A stretch of DNA of 54,235 nucleotides, counting the filler, from Sluysia triapertura (taxonomy: Eukaryota), in NCBI GenBank assembly GCA_046118255.1. It is 4 parts of 4 records of this genome, joined end to end, with 100 filler letters (N's around TTAATTAATTAA, not from the genome) between each part and the next. Parts side by side here need not be neighbours in the genome. Positions count along the whole stretch, not along the records: positions 1 to 16,929 come from JBJNIA010195709.1; 3 more parts are not named here. One strand, 5' to 3'. Positions 1 through 14,603 of this stretch are shown here, piece after piece. How positions within the stretch are numbered: position 1 is the stretch's first letter; every line of letters begins with the position of its first letter. Under the pieces are notes generated by a model. The model was not told where the DNA came from, ran no database searches, and saw only the letters and a list, made by a program, of their open reading frames with translations. Made by a program: the position numbers and the translations under genes.

Positions 1-1432
1 AGTGGAGTAACATCTTCTTCCGGTTCGCTATCTACTGTTTCCAAATCTTTAGTAATATCTACCATACTTTCCAAAATATCATCATCATTTAGGGCTTCGT
101 CCACAAGCAATTCTTCTATATCATGCTCGCCAAAATCATCAAAACCTTCCCCACCTATTTCCTTAGCAATTGAAATAATTTCTGATGTTACTATTGCTCT
201 ATTTGATTCGTTTCCTTTTGATACGCATTCAGGCCAAGCAGCTTTCCAACATGCATTTAAAGTTTGTGATTTTATTTCGGCAATTGCTAATGCAACATGA
301 TTTACACAGTTCAAGATATTAAATTGTTTCCAAGCTTCAGTAACTGTTATTGTTTCGGATTCCAGTTTATCGAAAATGAATTGGAAAGTGAATTTTACAT
401 AATATTTTTTAAATGTTGAAATAATTCCCTGATCTAATGGTTGAATTAGGCTCGTTGTGTTTGGAGGGAAAAAAGCTACCTTTATATTTGGATGTTCTAA
501 GATTGGATGACCTGGCGCATTGTCAAGAATTAATAAGATCTTAAATTCGAGACCCATCTCATTCATATAATTTTCAACTTCGGGTACGAAGCATTTATTA
601 AACCATTCAGTGAAAATAGCCGTTGTTACCCAGGCCTTCTTGTTAGCCATCCAATGTACGGGCAGTGTATTTAAGTCTTTTCCTTTTAATGCACGTGGTT
701 TTAAAGATCGATTTACAAGCAGCGGTTTTAACATTCGATCGCCAGATGCATTGCTGCACAGCAATAAAGTAACTCGATCTTTAGCAGCTTTAAAACCACT
801 GGCAGTTTTTTCGGACTTTGCAATGTAAGTACGGGTTGGCATTTTTTTCCAAAACAATCCTGTTTCATCAGCATTGAAGACTTGATGAGCGCAATATTCT
901 CCATCTTTAATAATTTTAGCTAACTTTTCAGGATATTTTCTAGCAGCTTCTTCATCTGCAGAAGCCACCTCACCTTTTATTTTTAGATTATGAAAAGAAT
1001 GTCTTTTTATAAAACCAGTTAACCACCCTGTGCTGGCAGAGAATTGTGGATTACTTTCACGTGAAGATGTAGATGGCTCTGATTCTTTTAACTCCTTGTA
1101 AAATTTAAGGGCTTTCATCTTGATTAAATGTCCATCTAACGGAATTCTTTTTTGAGTTAAATCTTCAATCCAAATTACGAGAGCCTTTTCAGTTTTTTCT
1201 ATTAAAGTGTCTCTTGAATATGATGAAATTTTAGAACTCAAATTTGTACCAGATCTGACTGATTTTCTTATTGCCGCTTCATTTTTTTTATTGCTCTTAT
1301 AGTAGATTCGCCTAAATGAAAACGTTTACCTACTGCTGTTGATCTTTCTCCTTTCGCCAAGCAATCGAGAATTTTAATTTTGGTTTCTAGCGAAATTGCA
1401 CTTCTTTTTTGTTTTTTATTATTGTCACACAT
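1..1432 (-). pseudogene. Tigger-like transposase ORF with one frameshift in an A8 run (~1282-1289); runs off the window edge
   Basis: ORF 1268..1486 (likely start MCDNNKK at 1432) stops at ...AIKKMKRQ*. Adding one A restores AIKKNEAAIRKSVRSGT... and the frame continues through the DDE domain. Confidence 0.85.
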
Positions 1433-1705
1433 TTTCTTTAAGAGGACTAAAAAATTATAGAAAAAACTTAATGTACAATTACGCACTAAAAAAAATCAAA
1501 AAAAACTTACAATTCACTTGAGTAAATTTATCTTCCGGTTTTCGGTAGTAACCTTTTTTCACAAAGTTTTGTTTTCTAATGTTTTCTAATATGCAAGCTT
1601 TTTTAATTAGTTTCATAAAAAAACAAAATTTTTTTTTCTTGCCATAAAAAACCGCATAACTCTAAAATCGCATAAAAAAAAACCGCATAAAAAGAGAACC
1701 AAGTG
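1..1705 (-). mobile_element. Tigger/pogo-family DNA transposon (5' end and most of transposase; 3' end outside window)
   Basis: Minus-strand translation gives a CENP-B-type HTH (KRSAISLETKIKILDCLAKGE...; EKALVIWIEDLTQKRIP; FSASTGWLTGFIKRH) and a DDE_1 domain (VFNADETGLFWKKMP, KDRVTLLLCSNASG, LILDNAPGH, TTSLIQPLDQGII). Terminal sequence CACTTGGTTCTC... ends at 1705 next to a TA (1706-1707), with subterminal (A)ACCGCATAA-type repeats at ~1645-1690. Confidence 0.93.
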
Positions 1706-2586
1706 TATTATTATTATTATTATTCAAAGAATTAGTAAAAATAAAACCATTTATTAATAAGCTCTAAAGTTTATCTAGGTATAGATAAGTTACATAGAAT
1801 TTCATTATTCAAATTAAATTCTTCGAGTTTGAAGACAGATTGGAATAATGAAAATGTCTCAAATAATTTAAAACTTTTCTTAGGTAGTAATTTTTAAAAT
1901 TCAAGCGAAGCATATTCATGTTAAACCTTCACATTGGTTTTGAATAATAATGATACCGAATTAATTAATTGATTTTGAAGAAAGCTATGTTTAGATTCCA
2001 ATATATTGATATAAAATTATGCCTAAAATTATACTATATGTGACAAAGTTTGGAATTTCTTTTCTGATCACTAAGTGTTAATGTTTGGATTACAATTCTA
2101 ATCAAATCGAATCAGTGAAGGATTTCTGGTTCTGCTCTTTCGATTGATTTAATACTAATCTGTAAAGTTAGAAAGTTTCTGTAAATACAGAACTGTACAG
2201 TAACGAAGAGTCCACAGAAATACACTGTAAAACAATAACAATTAAGAGAATGATTAGTCACACTAAAATTTTAAAGGTCATTTATTTGTTAGTAAAAATT
2301 TGCCTGTGCTTTCTTTTAGATCATAGATGGCGCGACAATTTATAGGAAAAAAACGATATTCCTTGACATTTAAAACACCACAACTTAGACTACACTAAAA
2401 CCACACTTTGAAACAAATATTTGTCGTATTTAAAAGCAAAATGAAATTTAAATTGATTCAGAACATCAAAAAAACTACGAAATTGCATATTGTTGTCAAC
2501 TTTTTATTTCATATATAAAATTTAACATTTTATTTTATCCAGTTTTCTATTTTCTCCTTAACAATAACGAATATGATCATCTATAT

Positions 2587-2870
2587 CAGTGATTCCCAAA
2601 CTTTTCGGTCATACCGCCACCTTTTCAGAATAAATATTACTTAGCACCCCCAAACAAACCCACACCACATTTTTTTAAACTTTGAGTAGCAATTTATATA
2701 AAAAGCTAATTGAAATTCTGACGTAATCAATAAACATCATATTATTATTTGTAAAGGGCTTATTTTATTACAAAATATTTAATGTAGTATTATCGTGTTA
2801 TCGCCCCTAAATGAACTTGTATTCACCACCGCCCTCTGGATCCTTGTAGCGCCCACTTTGGGAATCCATG
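2587..2870. mobile_element. hAT (Charlie-type) MITE, 284 bp
   Basis: Imperfect TIRs CAGTGATTCCCAAA ... TTTGGGAATCCATG. Perfect 8-bp TSD ATCTATAT at 2579-2586 and 2871-2878. Confidence 0.9.
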
Positions 2871-3220
2871 ATCTATATTATCAAAGATTATTGTAGTCCT
2901 CAATTTGTTACCTTTTCAGTAAATATTTCTTTCAGCGTTTGTTATATCAAAGCGGTAAAGCGTTTAAAATATAAATGACAAATTTTATATTTTCATAAAG
3001 GAAATCGAAAAATCTCATTCCAATACCATTACTATCACTGTATAATCACAATTTTTCTTGTTCTCCATTTTATTAACACGAAAGATCCAATGATTACTGG
3101 CTAATTTATTAACCACTGAGAGATCAGTGTTTCTTATTTGTTTCTTTAATACAACAACTATTTCTTACAAAAAAAACAGTTTTAAAATCATTGTAAAAGT
3201 TTTAATAAATTCAAACATAC

Positions 3221-3375
3221 TCTATGATATTTGAGTAGAAAGATAGCTTGGACAATAAAGAAAATTATTTTCGATATTCCATGTATTATATCGGCAGGTT
3301 TAACACACATTGCTATTTCAAAACGTGCTTTAGATATGTTCAATATTTCATACACTATTGAGCATAGACAAAGTA
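3221..3375 (-). CDS. OTOP: Otopetrin proton channel, third exon seen in window
   Basis: Acceptor tttcag, donor gtatgt. Encodes (L)LCLCSIVYEILNISKARFEIAMCVKPADIIHGISKIIFFIVQAIFLLKYHR, matching the otopetrin F..Q..F..K.HR pattern. Phase is compatible with exon 14604-14784 (T+TA=Leu). Confidence 0.8.
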
Positions 3376-3989
3376 CTGAAATTATAATTTAATGTTTTAG
3401 TAATATGATACAAATTAATTTCTATTTACTTACTGATATTTAAAAGTAGTATATGTATAATAAAAATTAACATGTATACAAAATAATGTCATTTTTAAGT
3501 AAATTTAGATTCGTTACGATATGATCCACAGAGACATCATAAGCAAATTTCTGAATTTATTAATATATCCAATAAAAATATATTTGGATTAATATGTTAA
3601 AATGTTAACTTTCGATTTCTCAAAGAACTTGATAATATGGAAGGAACTATCTTATACATATAATGTTATCTATGAGTCCACTAAATAAATACCACATTTA
3701 AAATTAAAAGGATTAGGTTTTCTTTTAATTTCGTGTACATTGTTCATGTTATTTCTTTGTCGAATAATTTAAAAAACAATATTAAAAATATTATAAATAT
3801 TGTTGAAAATAAAATTAAATTGCACTTATTTTATAATATTAAAATATCCACGAGCACCTTCTTTATAACTCAAAACTGTCGATAAATGTTTAAAAACCTC
3901 AGGAAATATTTTTATAAACATAAAAAATACTTAGAATACCTTTAAAAAACAGACTGAAATTGGAATTTGGCCACAGTATACTTATAAAC

Positions 3990-5730
3990 AATTTTGGAGT
4001 TAAATTTTTTAATTTATAATGGAAGTCTAATGTGATGATAAATGAATAGTTTTTGGCTATAAATTCTTGATAGGAATGTGACGGTTCAAACCTATCATTT
4101 AAAACCTATCAGACACAAATAAGCAATTCAACTCACAAAATATTAAACAAATACGCAATCAGTCGTAAGCATACCTTCTTAAAAACCTCAAAAAACGTAA
4201 AAGTAGACAGTTTAATAACAATTCTTCCTAACTTTCTATCATATTTTTTCTTTTTCAACAGGAATTTCATCTGTATCTTCTGTTTTGAACATTTAACCTT
4301 GCTACGAACCAGTCGAAGTGCCTCAAACGAAGAAAGGAGTGTAGATATAGTAACAAGAAATCAACAATAATTCAAATTAAACAGAAACACCCTATCAAAA
4401 TTGACCGGTAAAAAAATTAGTTTCTAAATTACCACAAAATTTACTGATATGTGAAACAAAATTAATCGAAAAGTTACCAGAAAGAGAAAGAAAACTTACT
4501 CTTAATCAAACAAAGACACAAAATAAAATTATGAGGAATTAGATTCATCTAAACTAATTGACGAAAATACTCACGCTAATTTTTTATAGATGAATCAATA
4601 CAATGTTCTCAAAAAACTGAAAAAAAGATTTACTAGCAAGCAGAAATTCTCATTTGATACAAAACAAAGAAAAGAGATATTGCAAGAACAAGTAGGACAA
4701 ACAAAATTTTTTCCGAACATTGTAAATCAAAAAACAAGAAGAAAACAAATGAAGAAAATTTAAATAAATAATGATTTAGGATTTATAATAGATGGATTAA
4801 AACTGTCGAAAAATGAAAACATAATAAAATCAAAGCCGAGAATAAAGCATTTACAAAAAGAAGAAAATTAAAAAACAATAAAAGAAAAAACAAAAAACAG
4901 CGAAATCTATTCAATACAGAAGCAAATAAATCAAAAAGTAATATAAATCAAGAAAAAAAAGACAGACCCAAAGTTGTATCAAAATTTACCAAATAAATAT
5001 CCAATAAACGAATTACATAAATTGAAATTAAATCCAAATCTAGTGAAACTTCTGATTCAGATGTGGTTGACCAGAGATGGCAAGAAACAATTTGAAGAAA
5101 ATAAGAATCTAAAATTGACCGTTCCCAAACACTCGAATGTTAAAGGATGGTATTAAGAAAATCAATAATAATAATAATAATTACAATAGTTATAATAAAA
5201 AATTTTCAAAAATTTTAAATTACTGCATCGTAAGATGTCAGTAAGCAATTTTAATCATATAACCACAGAAAAATTTAGTCCAATAAATTCATTTGAGCAC
5301 AACACCATAAAATTAGATGAATATGCAAAACAATTCGATCATTTCAAATAAAGATAAAAATGTGAATATTTCATCAAAATGCTGTAAGTGTTTCTGATCA
5401 AGAATTAAACTGAACTCTTAAAGATTTTGCAAACTTTAATGTAAATAAATCTACTAATGTAATTTGTGAAGTATATATAATGATTTCTATAAAAATAATT
5501 CTTATGATTGCGGGATAAAGATGTAAACCATGCAAATGCAAGCCTATGTCATTCGAATATAAATTCATTATAAATGCTCATAAACAAGTATAAAGGGTCT
5601 ACTTACTTCGTTTAATCCAAACACCGAGATGTATAACTTAAACAAAATACAGCCTTGATGATCTCAATTAATAACAACAGAAATATGCACGACACTGAAG
5701 CAGTCTTTGAAACGTTTTGGGATCCTATCA
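3990..5730 (+). mobile_element. Heavily decayed Penelope-like retroelement remnant
   Basis: Broken reading frames near 4015-4135 give FIMEV*CDDK..FL(A)I...DGS, resembling the Penelope RT C-terminal FT.E.E.D..LPFLD...DG region. A related fragment lies at ~8440-8560. Right boundary is uncertain. Confidence 0.4.
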
Positions 5731-6668
5731 GAGACTTAGTCTATTTTTTATTCGTGAACCTGACCTCCAGCTAAAGTAAGAAATACTAATGATCGTGATT
5801 CTTTCATCAATTTTCTAAATAATTTCTATAAAAATGTCTTATATTATATCTTTTTCTAGTTATACTTCATTTTTGTCAATGGAGATTCATCCAGTTATTC
5901 ATTTATTGTAAAAGAGATTCAAATAGAACTCAATTTTGTCTTCAAATTTAGCACTTGGTGCATTAATGTTAGAAGTAATAAACAATTAATGTTGATTAGT
6001 CCGTTCAAAATTGTAACTTATCATCCATTCGACATGTTTACGAATATTTCACTTAAAACTTTCAAACATATAAATCCATACTTGTTTCATAATCAAACAA
6101 AATATCCATTATCCAACAAATTAACTCTATAAGAAAAAAACAACTTTTGATATCTAAATATGATATAAAAACATAAGCGTGATCTAGAGATTTATTTAGT
6201 ATTTATTTATCATTTCAATATCAATTCAGAGTTTTTATAAGTGCGAAATTCCATTTTATATACCATACGCCTAATAAATAAATTTATTTCATTGTATAAT
6301 AATTTTCTATTGGACATTTTTTTGTATATTTTAAATGGTTTAAATGATTTTAATTTATGAATTATCGTGATAATTTAACCAATTTTATTTATGTAATATA
6401 ATAGTTTTCAAATTATTTCATAAAAATTTAATGCATTAAGCAAACATTTATTTTTAATCAGCTTATAAAACAGTCTAGTGATGGATTTATTCAAGTATTT
6501 ATTGTAATATTCCGCAATTCTCAGAATTTGTTGTTCTAACAATTAAATTTGAAAATTATGGTAGTATATTCAAAAAAAGACGAAGTTCTTTTTGTTTCAT
6601 AAATTATTTCAATAACATATTCTACGAGCTTTTTGATACATACTTCATAGCAGATATTAGAACTGTAT

Positions 6669-6669
6669 A

Positions 6670-6724
<55 letters not shown>
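6669..6724. repeat. (AAT)n microsatellite
   Basis: Direct reading of perfect AAT repeats. Confidence 0.95.
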
Positions 6725-6728
<4 letters not shown>

Positions 6729-8439
6729 TTTAAAAAATTCTTAATTATAAAACTACAATGTAATTTTTCTATTAATTCATTAACTTACATCATTAAATTA
6801 GAACATTTTAATATAAAACGTGATAAGTTTAATTAAGTATACGAATACATAATACATTGAAACAAATATGGATAAGTACCAACGTTACATAAAGAAATTT
6901 AATATAGTACAAAGAAAGTCTAATTTTTAATATATTTGATAATCTAAATTGATAAGAATGTATAACCATATTTATATAAGATATAAAAAAGATATTGTAG
7001 ATATAATACATAAATAAGATATTAGAGGCACATGCACCAAGTTTGTTCCTATATCTATATATATATATATATTGTAAACCTCACTAAAATACTTAACACA
7101 CATCTTTAATTGTGAAAGATTTTTCGTCTTAAATTTGTCAATCACAATATTTGTATTAAACTATATTATACAAAGGCTTTTCCTCAATCTTAGCACAACT
7201 TATTTTATACAATCTATTTTACATCTAAAAACACAATACACTTCTTAAAAGTTTCCACCTTTTATTCAGCATATCAGTTACATCTTCAGAACTTGACTAT
7301 ATGGTATAACTTATTATAAAGTATTCTTACTTAGTATTCAAATTGTCATTAGTAAACATGGAGCACTGTTTGATAACAAATGTAATTTAGAAATTAGTTT
7401 TGCAGATTTCCACAATTATGAATAAAACTATCAAACATTACTAAATCACAATAGAATTGGATCAAGAATAGTCATTAGTGAGATCAAAGTTATACGTAAA
7501 TCCCAGAATTACAAATAGAAATAAGGTATCTCTTAAGCTAAGTAAAGTAATTTAATGATCAAACGAAATTTATTTATTTTTGTTTTTATTTCATTATTTT
7601 TATGCATTTTATTGGCATTTCCATTGCAAAGTAAGTAAGTACGACAATGGTATAGATTCAATTTGTACATTATTTACAAAATTTCCAGTTACTATACTAG
7701 TTAGCTGTATAATCACAACAATAATTACATTTAATTTGTCTTGAAATTAGGCATCCAGGCCTTGAAATTACTTGATGCTAAAAATATCAATTTAGATAGT
7801 TTAAAAAATCAAGTATTATTAAAAATTAAGAGTAAATATAAAAATTCAAATAAACAGTAAAAAAGGTTTATTTTTTGTACAAAAAATTTTATTGTTATTT
7901 GAAAAAGATTGAGTATTGTTCATTTTAATACGAAGAATTTATTTCTGAACCACTTATCATACGAAATGTATAGTCATGTGTGTCTTTTTATCAAAGTTTA
8001 TCCTTGATTTCGTCTGTTTCGTGTGTAACAATAATAAAGTAATTAATAGTGGTATTAAGAATGCAAAAGATGATAAAGTCAAGAATGAACAAGACTGTGG
8101 TTTGTGCAAGCAAAATAACAAAGATGGTGTTTTTATGCCATCTGTCACACACATGCCACTAATTTTGTTAATTTTTGTCAATAACTGTGTTACTTATTTT
8201 ATAAAACAATAAATCAATAATATATATTAATTTATTTGTATAGTTGAATAATATTCATTGGATATTTGAATAATTATATTAATATTTGGACAATAATTTG
8301 TAATTATTGTGAGTAATTTTAAATTTTATTTTAAGTTTTATATTAAAATAAATTTCAAAAAGTGACTAACATTTAACATTTGTTTTAATAAATTAAAACA
8401 ATATAAAAAACAATATAACTTTTACAATTATTTCACACA

Positions 8440-8560
8440 AACAAGTTCTTCGTAGGAGTTAAATTCACTCACAATAAGTATAGATATATCTAAAATTTTA
8501 GACAAGGTGCTGTACAGAACAAATCATTTCTCAACAAACCCACAAATTTATATTCTGAGT
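8440..8560 (+). mobile_element. Short Penelope-like RT remnant, same family as ~3990-4140
   Basis: Shares GGAGTTAAATT and ...ATCATTT...ACAAAT segments with 3995-4120. Confidence 0.3.
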
Positions 8561-9829
8561 ATTACGTTAGTCAGTTTTTCATTAAGGAGACTAATTCTCT
8601 TAGTCGCAAAATAGACGTAAATTATTTAATTCTTTTTCAACTTCAACCGTTTAAAGTGTTGAAGAAAAATACTTAAACAAAAAATTATTAATTTCTCTAT
8701 AATTTTTGAAAATTGTATAAATTTTTATCATATTCATTTATTTAATACTTAAAATTTTGTTAATACATATTTACATTGTTCATCCTATCTTTATAGTTAT
8801 GTAATCCTTGTATCTTGCACGGAAATCATAAAATTTCATAGTTTTAAAATGTATATAAAATCCTTACCCATTTAAGACGTTTTAATAATAAAATCAAAGT
8901 TTTTACAGATTACTCTTCGGAGATCTTATGTAAATTATATAGCTATAAATTGTCATTGCAATAAAGACACAAAATAAATAGTGACATTATCGAATTAGCT
9001 TTCTTAGCTAGATCAGTGACATCTTTTTATAAACCTCCAAGAAATCTTATACACCACTTACGTATTAGTCCTTAAGTAAGTAAGTCTAATATCGTAAGGG
9101 ATTCGCGCAAAATCTAAATAAAACAATTAAATTTAAATCTTCACACATATTTAAGAACATTATTTAAGTTAAAGCCTGAAAATAATCATACGAAAGAGTT
9201 GACGACGCCTTGCTGTGAAGTGTATCATGGTACAGTTTCAAAGATAGAATAGTTTATTTAGATGGGGCTTTAAAAATCAATAATTCCTGAAAATCTAGTT
9301 CTTTAGTATGATTACCATTTCTGATGACATCAACGTAGACACAACATCATTATTATTATAATTGAAATTCATTTGGTTTGGATAATATAAATTGACGATC
9401 ATATAAACTTTGTTAAAAGTTTTTATTGATAATATAAAATTTATCACAACAAAATTTTACGATATATTCAATTTATGAAACCATGAATAATTAAAATGCA
9501 TTATAAATTTCTAAAAAAAGTAATAAAACATTTTCCGGATAAACAAGTAATATAGATTTATAAAATAACATTATTATTGATGAACTGTTTTTTTCCATTT
9601 CCGCTACTGCAAATATTTAATTATTTTAAATATTTAATGAAGAAAAAGGTATAAATTTTACATTTGTACATCTTTTCGTGGATATTTGAATTTTATTAAT
9701 GTTTTTTATATTTATCCTATATTTATTACATAATTATTAATGTATAATAAAAATATACCGAACATCATATTTTAATTTAATATTTCCATAAAATATGTAA
9801 AATTATAAAATATATGCGACGTATCAGTT

Positions 9830-10300
9830 CTTACTTTTCGTTAAATGTTGAGCTGTTTTTACGCTCAATTCATAAGAAAAATTTCCGTGGGTTGTGTTAC
9901 AGATTTTCTTCTCAAGTTCAGGTAGCGAACATATTAATAGTATTTGATTAATAGCATTTAGATAAGAAGAATAGAATTTAAAACCATTACGGAAGTCCTG
10001 AATATGTTTTAGAAATAAAACAATAATTGGAAACCAAGATGAATATTTCATTGAGACATAATAATAATCTATACAGAATCCATAGTGATAACAAACTAGG
10101 TGATAGGTTTTATACTGTTTATGTCTCAATAATATACAACCAGTTACCAGAGAATGTCAAATGACTGGAAGATTATGAAATATTTAAGAAAATGGCAGAG
10201 TTCTTTCTATTTCAGAAATATTATGGTGAATGATTTACCTTAAGTGCTTCTGAGTACTTTCGCAGTAGATATGAGCGCAATATAAATTAATATATTATTA
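9830..10300 (+). mobile_element. 3' end of an L2/CR1-group LINE
   Basis: Translation GDRFYTVYVSIIYNQLPENVK*LEDYEIFKKMAEFFLFQKYY matches the L2-group ORF2 C-terminus (GDRAFS.....WN.LP...FK..LK..LF). Followed by tail ...GAGCGCAATATAAATTAATATATTATTA, shared with 39003-39090. Confidence 0.7.
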
Positions 10301-11494
10301 TTTAAAATGTTTTGTAAAGTTTTTGACATTGTTTACATTAGAATTAAAAAGATTTTTAATAGATATTTAATTTTCTTAATACATTGACATTATTCGGAAT
10401 TCTAGCGAATTAAATATGTAATCAATTGAAAACAAAAAAAAATCACTCATTGGATATATGGTTAAGTAATTGTTTCAAAAATTAATTTCTGGTGCCTTAA
10501 ACTCTGTGGTCCATTTTTCATTGTCAAACATTCATTAAAATTGTATTTCTTTTCTATATATTCAAATTGACTTTCAAATTTCGTTCTAAAATTAAGCTGG
10601 ATCTGACCACCAGCACTTTATAAAATCAGTGTGCCGCAAAGTATTAAAAAATACAACTATTTGTTGCTTAAGTTTAATTATATGATTATTCAAGACGTTA
10701 AGTAGTGGTACAATTGTGGTTTATTATTTCAAAATTCAACATTACTTTTAAGTTAAACATAAAAGCTTTGAAATTATTTACATGTGAGCAATTTACAAGT
10801 CGTCATACTTAAACATATAAAACAATCACGCTTAAAATATTTAAAGAATACAAATTTATTTATTTATGTAAGAATATATTTATAAAAATACCTCAAAGTA
10901 TTTATACCATATTCAATTATATATTTGGATCTTATACAATTAAATTCATTAACGAGACAACGTATAATTAAACTATAATAATTTTCAATTATTAAAATAT
11001 GTATCACATTAAATATTTCAACATTTACAAGACATACACCATTATAGATATCATTTGGGTTATATAGAGGTCAATTTAATAAGTTTATTTGCTCTTCATT
11101 AAAGTTTTACTTTACTATTTTTAAAATGTGTTACTATAAATTATATTGGTTCTTAACGTATAATCATTATATTTGGTGTTTTTATATGCTATATTTTCTA
11201 GAATTTCTTTTCTTTTTTCGATATCAAAGCTTTACTGCATACACTTTAAATCGATTTTATCATTTATCGGCTTACTTTAAAAGGAAATTAATATTTGGAA
11301 AATTCATAAACCTATTCAGTTTTCTGTTAATGCTTCAAAATTAATTTATGCCTTTAAAATTTAAAATCAAAGTACATCTTAATATACTTTTAAAATATAT
11401 TTAAAAATATTAAATATTATATATCAGATAATCCAAATTTAAATTAAGTAAATAATAATGGCGATGATGACTAAATTTCATGTCACTGTATTAG

Positions 11495-11524
11495 TAATAA
11501 TATTAATAATAACAATAATAACAA

Positions 11525-11566
<42 letters not shown>

Positions 11567-11596
11567 CATAATCATAATCATAATAATCATCATCAT
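11495..11596. repeat. (AAT)n/(CAT)n microsatellite
   Basis: Direct reading. Confidence 0.9.
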
Positions 11597-14116
11597 TAAA
11601 TCAATAAAAAAATAGACATATTTGCAAAGTATATATATTTAAAATGCTATTAAATCATTTGACGTAATAAATTAAATCAACATAAATATGCTGAGCATGT
11701 TTTAATTATATTTCAAAATGTCTAGTATATAGATCAAATTTAATTTTCATAGATATAACTCGATTATTAAATAATTTTATATTATATAATATATAATTTT
11801 ATATTACATATTATATTATATTATATTTTTTTATTTAATTTTTTATTTAATTAATTCATAATTTTTTATTTTTCACCTCTTTGTATTTTTTAAAACAAAA
11901 TGTATATAAAATATCACTTATTATTAATCTGCATTTTTGTTAAGGATCTCTACAATGTAAGTATTTATTATAATACAATATATGATATATTTTAATTACA
12001 AAAACCTATTTACAAATTTATTTAAAAGTAATGATAACTTTTTCTCGTTTGTTTTTATGCTTATGTTAGATTTAATAATTTATGGCTAAATAACTGTTCT
12101 TCGTAAACTTAACTTAATTCTGAATGCTTTCTAGCACGAATGAATTTAAATGTACTAACGTATTTTATCTAAACTTATGATAAGAACAAAAGATTAATCT
12201 TTCACTACAAACTTAATAAAATGTTTAACAAATTTTCAACTTTATCAATGTGTATTCTCAATTCTCAACAATAGTTTAAACTTCTTCAGTTATATTATTA
12301 TTATTTGTTGACAATAGCTTAAAGTTGATTCTCTTAATGGTTATCTTATCTTATCAACATTTTATTGTCTCTTTATGTTCTATTTTATGTGAGAACATGA
12401 ACTCGGATACTCGTTTCGATGATAGGGAATAGAAACGCAAGTAAATTTTTAATTAGTGAAAGTAAAAAATATTATTGTCAACTATAATGTTATATTTAGT
12501 TTAATTTCAACCTAAATTCTATTTTATTAAAATAAACGTTATTTTTTAATTATAATTTCGATTATTTTTTTCGGACTCTCCTCCAAATCGATATTAATTC
12601 AATAAAAAGTAAAACTTGGTAATATTTATTTAAAACAATAAAATTTTATTAGATAATTATGTATGAAAATAGTTAACATGAGTAATTCCAGATTAGGTTA
12701 ATCAAATTTATATTAGGATAAATGTTATTTTACAAAAAAATTAATTTATAATTATTATTATTCAGACAAACTTTAGTAATATTTATCTTTAACAATATTC
12801 GAAATTAATAAGTGTTCGTTCTCTGATACCAGTTATGTTCCCCTAAATTTAAATAATTGTTCAGTTTTCCAACTTCTTTAAATTCTCCAAAATAGTATCC
12901 ACTTATCAAGCTGTGATTTTAGTTCCGAAATTAAAATTCCCGTTAAGTTTTATTGTTTTATTGTTTATAAACAGTATACACACTGTTTTTTATTAGTGAA
13001 TAATAATTTAATTTTTTTATAATGTTTGTCTCAATAATAATATGAAAGGCAGTAATAAATAATAATAAGATACACTAACGACAGTTCGCTAACAAATAAG
13101 TACTGGAATATAGTCAGATAGTTGATGAAATAATAATAATTATAATAGTACTATTAATTAAATTAATAATAAGTAATAGTACTAATTTTTGTCTGAATAA
13201 TTTTTCTTATTACATTTTGATTACATATAATTTATATTTAATTTTATAATGCTTTTAATTCTGATATAATTTGATATTACATTATTCATTCTGTTCTGCC
13301 TAATCTTTAGTTTAAATTAATTCTAATCGAAAATAATGTTATTAATTTTTAATTATACACTAATCTTAATTTAATATAATTTTAACTCCCATATTAAATT
13401 GATCTTCGTGTTCTTAAAATTTAATGTTATATTGTCTTTACAGAATCTCATTTTAAAAAGATTCCTTATTTTATTTCAATTTAAAGCTAGTTACTATTTG
13501 TTATTAAATTTTGAATTTATAAATCTCATTTTAAATTGATATAAAGCATTACAATCTTATTAATAATAATTTTAATTTTATTTTAAATAAATTTAAATTA
13601 AATCAACTTTAGATTTAACTCATTTTTACTGAATAAGACTAAAAATCAAGATATATTTATTTGAGTTGATTTGCGATAAGTATCATTAATGAGATCAATT
13701 TGGGAAAATAAATTCAGAACAGAATTGAAGATTATCTCCATCTGAGAGTCTAAAATTCCAATCCAGTCAAGAAATTAATACATGTTTCAATCAAAACTTG
13801 TTATATGAACAATTTCCCAATCTCATTTCATATCACGAATCTTCTTTGCATATTAAGAAAATCCAAAGTAAGGATGTTTTAACTCAATATAAATGTTTTA
13901 GTTTATATTAATGGCATCGTAAAACAGGAATATATTCAAAACGAATTATTTTTATAAATTCGATCTATAAATATGATCTAATCACATATTTTTGTTAAGT
14001 GCGCTTTTCTACCGTTTATGTTTCAAAAATCTATAAATAGATTACAGAAAGTGTTAAATCTTTTGAATTATAATTTAAAAAATGTGTTCTTTTATATTAT
14101 TAATTTTTTCATTATA

Positions 14117-14533
14117 CACTAGAACTCTCAAAACACATTCAATGTTCCGGTTTTGTAAGTGCTTCAATTTCAGGAAGAAGTTAGTTTTAGTTAAAATAAA
14201 AGTTTTGCAAAATCAAACAAGAGTATTTTGTTAACTGGTAAATACTGAACATTAGATAATAAATTCATTTCATATACTTAAATAAAGAAACATATTCTCT
14301 AAACTGAATATCTATTGATTTTATGTGCTTTCAAGTAGACTACTTAACCATATCTCTAAAATAAAAGAAGTAATGAATAAAAAATGGATGTCAATAATAT
14401 TTAAATAAAACACACAATTATCCATAAAAAATAAAGTAAAAATATAAGCTACAAGTATGTTCCAGTTTTAAGAAGTTTTTCCAGTTTCAGGATGTCCAGT
14501 TTGAGACTGTTTCAGTTTTTGGGAGTTCTAGTG
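14117..14533. mobile_element. Tc1/mariner-pogo-type MITE, 417 bp
   Basis: TIRs CACTAGAACTCTCAAAAC ... GTTTTTGGGAGTTCTAGTG, with TA on both sides (14115-16, 14534-35). Subterminal TCCAGTTT repeats. Confidence 0.85.
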
Positions 14534-14603
14534 TATTACTTTTTAAATTTCATTGATATATTTTCGAAAAGAAAAAGAAAAAATTAATAAATATTTAACT
14601 AAC

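Noticed and set aside
610-828. 72-aa plus-strand ORF
   Set aside because: Antisense shadow of the Tigger transposase.
5650-5720. Hammerhead ribozyme-like cores (CTTGATGA...GAAA; CTGAAG...GAAAC) at the end of the Penelope-like remnant
   Set aside because: Cores are imperfect and the stems could not be paired convincingly.
7957-8212. Overlapping ORFs: minus with a hydrophobic stretch and possible gtatga donor, plus with two CxxC
   Set aside because: Considered as an otopetrin first exon, but it lies in the wrong position (inside the 11-kb intron) and TM1 is already supplied by 16389-16509. No family recognised; left unassigned.
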